A program made the position numbers and the translations under genes. Below, in pieces: positions 27,861 through 34,707 of a DNA stretch of 38,953 bases. A model generated the notes under the pieces. The model had not been told where the DNA came from. It saw only the letters and a program-made list of their open reading frames with translations, and made no database searches. Origin of the DNA: a virus. The DNA is taken from positions 1 through 38,953 of IMG/VR virus record IMGVR_UViG_3300013902_000028; one strand, 5' to 3'. The stretch's first letter is position 1. Each line of letters opens with the position of its first letter.

Positions 27861-29401
27861 TGGAGGGCGTCGGAGACCTGATGCTGTCGTTCAACTATCC
27901 TGCGCGTGCAGGACTGGCTGCGGTGAAGGAGACGCTGAGGATGCCTCTCGTGGTCGATATCGAGAGGAATGTGAATGTCAATCTCACCGAGATGGGGACC
28001 ATCATCTACGGATGCAGGAACAACTTCTGCATGGACCTGGGCGCGACGGAGAAGGTGACATTCAAGTGCGAGAGGGTGAATCCTTTCCCCTACAGCGACA
28101 TGTCGTCGGATCCTGATGATTGGTCCAACGGCAAGTGGTACAGGCATCTGGAGGACCTCTTCGACAGATGGCAGAACTTCGGATTGGACAGCAAAGGGGA
28201 GCAGACGGGAGGATGCACGATGGTGTTCACTCCTGCCGATGCGTCGCTAATGGCGCCCATATCGGGCAATGTGTTCCTCGTGGGCGCGCTGGGTGTGAGC
28301 TATTCGGTGCAGAAGATGACCTTCAGCCTTCCGCTCCAATTCGGCAACATGAAGATGACGAGCTCCGAGGCGGAGAGGGTGACGCTCACGCTGGTGACGG
28401 AGACCTTCGATAAGAAGACCGAAACGACGACCGTGTCGGTGCTGAAGGGATACCCGCAGTCGGTACCTCTGCCCGATGAATGGGCGGACATCATGGGCGG
28501 CGCAGTATTCATAGGATGGGAGGTCTCGAACGGCGCATACGTCCCTGTAGGCTCGACATACACATATCAGACCGAGATGACCCTCACGGCGAGATGGAGG
28601 AAGGCATCGAGCGTACAGTACATCACATCCGATGAGACGGTGACGGTTCCGTCAGGAGTCGATCACGTATCCGTCTATGCAGTCGGAGGCGGAGGAGGGG
28701 CAGGCGGAAGCGCACGCTTCATCGAACTCGGAAATCAGGAATATGTGATGGCTCCGGGCGGGGCAGGCGGAGCCGGGCAGACCTCCACCGCTTCATGGGG
28801 GGTATCGGCAGGCGACATCATATCCGTGACCATCGGTGCAGGAGGCGAATGCGGAGCGAGCCGCGGAGCACTCAGCGCAGGAGACGGAGGGGATGGGAAG
28901 AACGGCGGGAAGACCGTCGTGAAATGCAGATACAACATCTGCACCGCCGAGGGCGGTTCCGGAGGCGGAGGCACGAAGAATATGGGCAGCGCAGGAAAAG
29001 GCGGAGAGGAGTATGTCGCAGGAGGCTCGTACGAGCAGGACGGAGGATACGAAGCGCCCAATGTGAAGGAGAACAGAGGCAAGAAGGGAACCAGAGGCAC
29101 GGCTTCATCCCCTTCGGGTCTTGCGAATGTATTGAGATACGGGGGCGGAGGGGGCGGAGCCGCCGCATTCCGCTATGCGTTCATCGCAGAGGACGGCACG
29201 CGCTACCCTGCATCGGGATATTACGAATCGATCGGCGGAGACGGTGCCGATGAAGCAGACCCGCAGGTTCGCGCATACAGCGGAAAGGTCGGTGGAGGAG
29301 GCGGTTCGGGCCGTGCAGAGTCGTATCTGGTCGATAAGGAAAGAGCAGGCTATGGCGGCGACGGGGCGGTCATCCTCGCGTTCTTCAAGGTGAGCGGATG
29401 A
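27860..29401 (+). CDS. Tail protein, 513 aa: distal-tail-like N-terminus, InlB-like repeat, glycine-rich domain
   Basis: FIGWE...TYTY...TLTARW repeat; VYAVGGGGGAGG and GGGGSG Gly-rich motifs; start trimmed. Confidence 0.75.
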   Translation: MEGVGDLMLSFNYPARAGLAAVKETLRMPLVVDIERNVNVNLTEMGTIIYGCRNNFCMDLGATEKVTFKCERVNPFPYSDMSSDPDDWSNGKWYRHLEDLFDRWQNFGLDSKGEQTGGCTMVFTPADASLMAPISGNVFLVGALGVSYSVQKMTFSLPLQFGNMKMTSSEAERVTLTLVTETFDKKTETTTVSVLKGYPQSVPLPDEWADIMGGAVFIGWEVSNGAYVPVGSTYTYQTEMTLTARWRKASSVQYITSDETVTVPSGVDHVSVYAVGGGGGAGGSARFIELGNQEYVMAPGGAGGAGQTSTASWGVSAGDIISVTIGAGGECGASRGALSAGDGGDGKNGGKTVVKCRYNICTAEGGSGGGGTKNMGSAGKGGEEYVAGGSYEQDGGYEAPNVKENRGKKGTRGTASSPSGLANVLRYGGGGGGAAAFRYAFIAEDGTRYPASGYYESIGGDGADEADPQVRAYSGKVGGGGGSGRAESYLVDKERAGYGGDGAVILAFFKVSG

Positions 29402-31323
29402 CCGACGAGGCAGGCAGGCTGCGCCTTGAGGACCCGTCCACAGGATATACGTTCGACTTCGGCACGGTGACGAACATCTCCGAGCAGTTCCAGAAGAGCT
29501 GCTCGGTAACGCCGATAGTGACGAAGCCGAAGCAGGCCGCGTTCCCGCTGGAATCGAGGACGTACAAGACGATAACCGTATCCTTCACCCGCAAGCAGCC
29601 CTCGTCCCCCAGCTCGTCCTCGCATGATACCGCGCGCTGGTCCAACGCCGATTGGACGGAGGCGCTGATGGAGTCGCTGGACCGCTGGCAGGCGAGGACG
29701 GACGGATACCGCCTCAGCTACGTCCCTGCGTCCGACAACCCCTACATCGCCCCGCTGAGGGGCAGGGACGGGAGCTCGTCCGAAACGGGATACATCAAGA
29801 ATCTGTACATCAGGGCGGTCAAGGGCCGTCCCGAGTCCCTTCAGGGGAGCTTCGAGTTCCATGTCGGCTCCATGTATATCCGGTCCGGAACGCCCGATAC
29901 GGAGGGCTACAGCAGGAAGGACTTCTCCATCACCATCAGCGACGAGAACGGCTCCAACAGCGTCCTCCTGATGCGCATGGGCGACGGCGAAGGCAGCGAT
30001 ATCAATCTGGTCGATTCATGCACCATCACGGCGGGCCCGGAGGCTCCGTTCGAGTATGCGCAGATAACCATCCCCAGGAAGGCGTTCTCCCGCGCATACC
30101 CGTCCCTGCTGAGCGAGAAGGAGTGCAGGCTCAAGGCGGGCAGGAACAAGCTCATAATCTCGCTCGCAGGCACCTCGACGATGACGCTGACGAAGGTCAA
30201 GCTCTCCAAGAACACCCTGACGCTCACCGCCTACTGCGACGCGGAGCGCATCAGAGGGGCCGTGCTGCAGGACAGCGCAGGCGATACGGCAGATAGATGG
30301 ATCTCGAGGATTCTGACTTCAGGAGAGTTCTGCCAGGTATTCAAAGGCGATTCGCTCGTAAGCGATTTCAGCATTCCTTCGGGAAAGAAGGGCGAAACGG
30401 AATATGTGGATGAGGAGATGGATCTGGCATTCCCTGCCGGAACCAATGTCTGGTTCATCCTCCAGGTCGCGGCGATGATATGCGGAGCGAGGGTGTTCTT
30501 CGCCAACGACAAGGCGTACGTCGTCGATTACCGCAGGTCGTCGAGCCTGCTCCATCCGGAGGACATCGACCTCTACCCGTCCTCGTCGTCGAAATACGGG
30601 GCCGCAGTGGTCGGGGATGTGGACCTCGGAGACGAGGGGACGGATACGGTTGCTAACGTTGTGAAGATAAGATGTTCCATTCCTAGCGTCAAAGACGGCC
30701 GTTATGAGAAGAACAACAGTGGTTCGATAGTCTATACCTCTTATGAACAAACGTTCGTTGATGAGGCTAGCAAGGGCCTTTACGGGGAAAAGGATGGAGG
30801 GTCGTTCACATTGACCTCCCTGAAGCAGAGTTCCGACTCGGACGACATCCAATGGAAAGGCGAAAAGACCGGAGAAGGAACAGGGGAAGGAGAAGGAACA
30901 GGGGAAGGAGAAGGAACAGGGGAAGGAGAAGGGACGGGCGAGACGCCGGAGGTTCCCGACGGAGAGACGGTATGGTTCGATCAGGCGGGCAGATTCGCCA
31001 GGAACTATCTCGACTACGTGTCCGAGCCTCAGCAGACCGTGATATTCAAGATGCGCGAGCTGCACGATTCGGGGTCGATGGGGATGTGGGCGCCGTACTT
31101 CGAGCCCGCATCGGTCGCCCTGAGCTTCAGCGACGGCGTGAACGAGCTGTATGTGGACAGCGATTCCGAGATAACGGGCAGTCCGAAGAATCAGAAGCTC
31201 GCTCTGAAGACGTACGAGCGCTCGTACCCGGAATGCACCACCGAATACACCTGGGGTGTGCTGGCGTCGATGGACCTGTCATCGAACACCAGCAGGATAA
31301 TGTCCAATCTGGGCAATCAGTGA
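29398..31323 (+). CDS. Tail/baseplate hub-like protein, 641 aa, with a GEGTGE linker
   Basis: ATGA-coupled; N-terminus resembles the previous gene; position in the tail module. Confidence 0.7.
   Translation: MTDEAGRLRLEDPSTGYTFDFGTVTNISEQFQKSCSVTPIVTKPKQAAFPLESRTYKTITVSFTRKQPSSPSSSSHDTARWSNADWTEALMESLDRWQARTDGYRLSYVPASDNPYIAPLRGRDGSSSETGYIKNLYIRAVKGRPESLQGSFEFHVGSMYIRSGTPDTEGYSRKDFSITISDENGSNSVLLMRMGDGEGSDINLVDSCTITAGPEAPFEYAQITIPRKAFSRAYPSLLSEKECRLKAGRNKLIISLAGTSTMTLTKVKLSKNTLTLTAYCDAERIRGAVLQDSAGDTADRWISRILTSGEFCQVFKGDSLVSDFSIPSGKKGETEYVDEEMDLAFPAGTNVWFILQVAAMICGARVFFANDKAYVVDYRRSSSLLHPEDIDLYPSSSSKYGAAVVGDVDLGDEGTDTVANVVKIRCSIPSVKDGRYEKNNSGSIVYTSYEQTFVDEASKGLYGEKDGGSFTLTSLKQSSDSDDIQWKGEKTGEGTGEGEGTGEGEGTGEGEGTGETPEVPDGETVWFDQAGRFARNYLDYVSEPQQTVIFKMRELHDSGSMGMWAPYFEPASVALSFSDGVNELYVDSDSEITGSPKNQKLALKTYERSYPECTTEYTWGVLASMDLSSNTSRIMSNLGNQ
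30871..30942 (+). repeat. 18-bp tandem repeat GGAGAAGGAACAGGGGAA x3 plus one degenerate copy
   Basis: Read directly; encodes GEGTGE x4. Confidence 0.95.
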
Positions 31324-31787
31324 ACGCGCCTGGCGAGCAGGTACACGGCCGCGCATCCGATGAGGACGGCGCCGAACGCGATGAGGACAGGGGTCAGGAT
31401 GCCTTCGAGCGAAAGCTCGATCCCCTCTCCGCCCCCGCCTGCGGGAGGCGCGGTCTCGAACACGGCGTCGAATTTCAACAAGCGGATCCCGATTTCGGCA
31501 TATTCTGTGAAATCCTGTCCAATGATCGATGTGCCTTCATAGAAATCCCCGTCGCGGAGCTGCCATCCTGCGAATCCGTTCACATCAGTCATCTCATAGA
31601 AGAATGAGTCTGCTGTAACGGCCTGTCCTTCTGCGAGAGACAAGCAATAGACGATGCTGTCATTCACATAGAATTTCAACTGCACCGAGTCCTCCTCCGC
31701 CGCATCCCCATCCTCCGCCATAACCGGTACCGTCGCCAGCACGAGGGCGAGAAGGGATGCGAGCAATGCGATATGTCTGAGCTGCAT
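31317..31787 (-). CDS. Secreted, membrane-anchored protein, 156 aa
   Basis: N-terminal signal peptide (MQLRHIALLASLLALVLATVPVMA), GFAGW repeat-like segment, C-terminal TM helix plus RR; TATA about 22 nt upstream. Confidence 0.8.
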   Translation of the reverse strand: MQLRHIALLASLLALVLATVPVMAEDGDAAEEDSVQLKFYVNDSIVYCLSLAEGQAVTADSFFYEMTDVNGFAGWQLRDGDFYEGTSIIGQDFTEYAEIGIRLLKFDAVFETAPPAGGGGEGIELSLEGILTPVLIAFGAVLIGCAAVYLLARRVH

Positions 31788-31809
31788 GAGAAGAGGATGC
31801 GCTTGGAGG

Positions 31810-31817
31810 TATATATT
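31810..31817. promoter_or_regulatory. TATA element for the 31787 gene, possibly also rightward
   Basis: TATATATT about 22 nt upstream of ATG 31787 on the - strand. Confidence 0.55.
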
Positions 31818-31822
31818 GGTGG

Positions 31823-32340
31823 GGCGGGAGGGCGAATAGGACAAAGACCCTCCCGCCGGATGCGGCGGAGATATGACCGCAGAACCTCCATCGCAGGTCG
31901 AAGATATATAGGTTGCGCTTCGGAGTGCTGCAGAGGCTCCCGGACGCTTAGGGACCTCATGGGTGCGGAGCCGGGAGCATGCGCGGGTCGGATGAGGATG
32001 GATGCGGAGGTATATCAAGGCAGGGGACAGGGGGCGCCGGCGTTGATGGGAATGCTCGAATGGCCCGGCGCCCGTGTACCGGAAAGGATGCGGGACTTAA
32101 ACGGTTTCCTGCAACAGGCGGGACACGGAGTGAAACACCCTAAAGCCCCGTGTCCGGAACAGGGATGGCGGAGGGGATATGAATGGTTTTCGGAGAAGGC
32201 GGGCGGCGCCGGACAAGGAATACTGGCAGGGTCGATACCATGAGTAATACGAACTCATCCCTGCCGGATAGGACATGGCATCGAGCCTATATAATGCTTT
32301 CATCAGGAGGGATCCTCGAAGCAGGAACGGTAGCGGAAAT
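31823..32340 (+). ncRNA. Candidate structured non-coding RNA of unknown family
   Basis: At least five 7-10-bp perfect stems, no credible ORF, TATA upstream and T-tracts downstream. Family not recognised. Confidence 0.3.
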
Positions 32341-32671
32341 AGCGGAGTAGCGGGTTTTTCGCAGATCCCCATATAGTTTATTTTTTCATATACACCCCTA
32401 TTTTTTTTATCTTTTTGTATACTACGCTACTTCCGCTACCATAGAATATAGTACATAGAAAAAGAGGCAGATTTGCACTATCAAAATGTATTTTAATATG
32501 TGTAATACACAATTATGATGTTTTTCGATTGTAGTGCCGGTTCGCTATAGCCTAACTACATCCGATACTGTTTTCCCATGCTCGTTGAAAAATCTGATGG
32601 AAAAATGTGAAAATTCGATGAAAACCGTCAAAATCATGAAGGTAGCGGAATTTTTCGATATCGGTAGCGAA
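32329..32671. repeat. GGTAGCGGAA repeats and A/T tracts; candidate replication origin
   Basis: Copies at 32329 (+), 32431 (-), 32641 (+), variant at 32663; adjacent to the VapE NTPase. Confidence 0.55.
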
Positions 32672-32841
32672 CATTCTTTTCATACAGAAATTAACACCGG
32701 GTTGAGGGTGTAAAAAGGACGATGTCGGAGAATGTATGCAATCAGAGGACCCCGACATCCGATTCAAGAAATGGATTCGCCATATATAAATCTGCCTTCT
32801 ATTGAAGAAAGATTAAATATCTGCGCCGATTATGCAGAGTT

Positions 32842-34452
32842 ATGCAATCAGAGGCGTTCGCGGGCTTTGCCCGCTTACTGAATGATGCAGGCATGCAAGT
32901 GCTTGCAAATGGAATCGTCATTTTAGATGGATTCAGTTACGGGATATTGAAAGAGCACATCCTTGAATCAGGGACAATTCGTGCAGACCTGGAGCATGCG
33001 ACATCCTTTGATGTGGAACCTCAGATCCATCGTTTGGTCATCGAGATGGACAACAAGAGGGCCGTTCATATAAACGGCGTGAGTCTGACTACAGGAAAGA
33101 TCGATGAGCATATCGTCGATAGAGAGATGCCGAAGTCCATCGTTGATCTGGCATCAGAGTTCGAAACCCTGTTTCCTGATTATAAATCTCAACTGTACTA
33201 TGACGTGCTGAAAGAACGCGAGATGATCGATATGGCGATGCTCGGCGCCCCAGAAGAAGGATTTATTCCGATCAATGATGCGGTCGTCTCGGAATATCAT
33301 CTCGAAGTCCAGAGGCTTCTCAGATGCAAAGGATATCTGGGTTCGAGATTTCCGACAGTGCAGGTGATGGATGAGGTGCTGACCATCATGGTTAGACGTA
33401 CTCGTCGCAATCATTTCAAGGAATGGGTGGAATCCCACGAGTGGGATGGGAAACCTCGTTTGAGGAGAGCGCTCATTGATTATATGGGGGCTGCTGCGCC
33501 TCTGCTCAGAAATGTGAGCGATAGCGCAGAGGATGAGTATCTGGAGGCAGTATCCGAGGCTTGGTTTCTCGGAGCCATTGCACGCATGTATCGCCCGTGT
33601 CAGCACGATATAGTACCGGTGTTCATCGGACCTCAAGGAATCGGGAAAGGTACTGCCTTGAGGTTCTTGGCAGGTTCGAATGAATGGTATGCGGCCACTA
33701 CTACGGATATATCTCGTTTGGATAGATTCCTGGATTCTGTAAGGGGAGCAGTAATTGTAGAAATGAGCGAATCGACTCAGATTCGCAATCGTTCGTCTCA
33801 AGAGGAGCTGAAGGCATTTATATCCAAATCAGAGGATAGGCTTCGTAAGGCATATGCGCGTCATGATGAGATCTATCCGCGCCATTTCATACTTGCCGCC
33901 ACGTCTAATGATGGAGAAGTCTTCTCCGATCCGACTGGAGCAAGAAGATTCTATCCGATCATATGTGATCCTGATAGATGCACGAAGCCTATTCCGATAG
34001 GAGATAGGTGGCCGTCTGCACAGAAGGATGTCGAACAGATATGGGCTGAAGCATTATATCTGTATATGGAGGGCAGAGTGCCATCTATGTCCAAGAAGGA
34101 AAATGAGCTGGCGCGCATGATGCAAAAGGATGCCACTGATGTAGATCCTAGTATACAGGCGCTGGATGAATGGCTGGATTCGATGCCACTATATTCGATG
34201 AAGGGAGCTCGCATATGTCGTAAAACGATATTGATGGAATATTTTGATATAACTGGTGAGAAGGAGATCCCTCAATCCGTTTCTAATATTTGGAAAGGAT
34301 GGGTCAGATATACAGACAAATGGCATAAGGCGGAGAAATGTATGGATGTTAAGGGCATCAAGACCTCTGCAGCATATGTTCGTGATGTCGATGCAGGTGA
34401 CGAGTCAATCGAAATTAAAACATTCGATCTTAGATACACGGATTCAGAATGA
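32842..34452 (+). CDS. VapE/VirE-family P-loop NTPase (primase-associated helicase), 536 aa
   Basis: FIGPQGIGKGT Walker A, IVEMSE Walker B, EELKAFIS...RKAYAR...AATSN...DPTGARRF. Confidence 0.92.
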   Translation: MQSEAFAGFARLLNDAGMQVLANGIVILDGFSYGILKEHILESGTIRADLEHATSFDVEPQIHRLVIEMDNKRAVHINGVSLTTGKIDEHIVDREMPKSIVDLASEFETLFPDYKSQLYYDVLKEREMIDMAMLGAPEEGFIPINDAVVSEYHLEVQRLLRCKGYLGSRFPTVQVMDEVLTIMVRRTRRNHFKEWVESHEWDGKPRLRRALIDYMGAAAPLLRNVSDSAEDEYLEAVSEAWFLGAIARMYRPCQHDIVPVFIGPQGIGKGTALRFLAGSNEWYAATTTDISRLDRFLDSVRGAVIVEMSESTQIRNRSSQEELKAFISKSEDRLRKAYARHDEIYPRHFILAATSNDGEVFSDPTGARRFYPIICDPDRCTKPIPIGDRWPSAQKDVEQIWAEALYLYMEGRVPSMSKKENELARMMQKDATDVDPSIQALDEWLDSMPLYSMKGARICRKTILMEYFDITGEKEIPQSVSNIWKGWVRYTDKWHKAEKCMDVKGIKTSAAYVRDVDAGDESIEIKTFDLRYTDSE

Positions 34453-34664
34453 CCCGCCACCCTATAGACCTCGTCGGCCAGCGCTACGGGCGCCTCCTCG
34501 TCCTGGGGAAGGCGCCCCATCAGGGGCGCAAGGTATGCTGGAGCTGCATCTGCGACTGCGGGAACGAGACCACGGTGCAGACATTCAACCTCATCTTCGG
34601 ATACACCCGCTCATGCGGATGCTACCGCAGGGAGAGGGCGAAGGAGATGCACTCGAAGAAATAA
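34449..34664 (+). CDS. Stand-alone N-terminal Cys-rich module of the HNH/AP2 endonuclease type, 71 aa
   Basis: DLVGQRYGRLLV...WSCICDCGN...L..GYTRSCGC; no nuclease domain follows. Confidence 0.8.
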   Translation: MTRHPIDLVGQRYGRLLVLGKAPHQGRKVCWSCICDCGNETTVQTFNLIFGYTRSCGCYRRERAKEMHSKK

Positions 34665-34678
34665 GCGATTGCGTCCTT

Positions 34679-34686
34679 TTTATAAA
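34679..34686 (+). promoter_or_regulatory. TATA box (TTTATAAA), leaderless start at 34708
   Basis: 21 nt before the ATG. Confidence 0.6.
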
Positions 34687-34707
34687 CTCCTCGGACGATG
34701 GAAGCTC

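Noticed and set aside
31911-31930. CTTCGGA loop resembling a UCG anticodon loop (would read CGA)
   Set aside because: The stem closes a 4-6-nt loop rather than 7, and no D-arm, T-arm or acceptor stem could be built; no tRNA called anywhere in the window.
31773-32243. 156-aa + strand ORF
   Set aside because: Arg/Gly-rich, overlaps the start and promoter of the 31787 gene, and coincides with dense inverted repeats.
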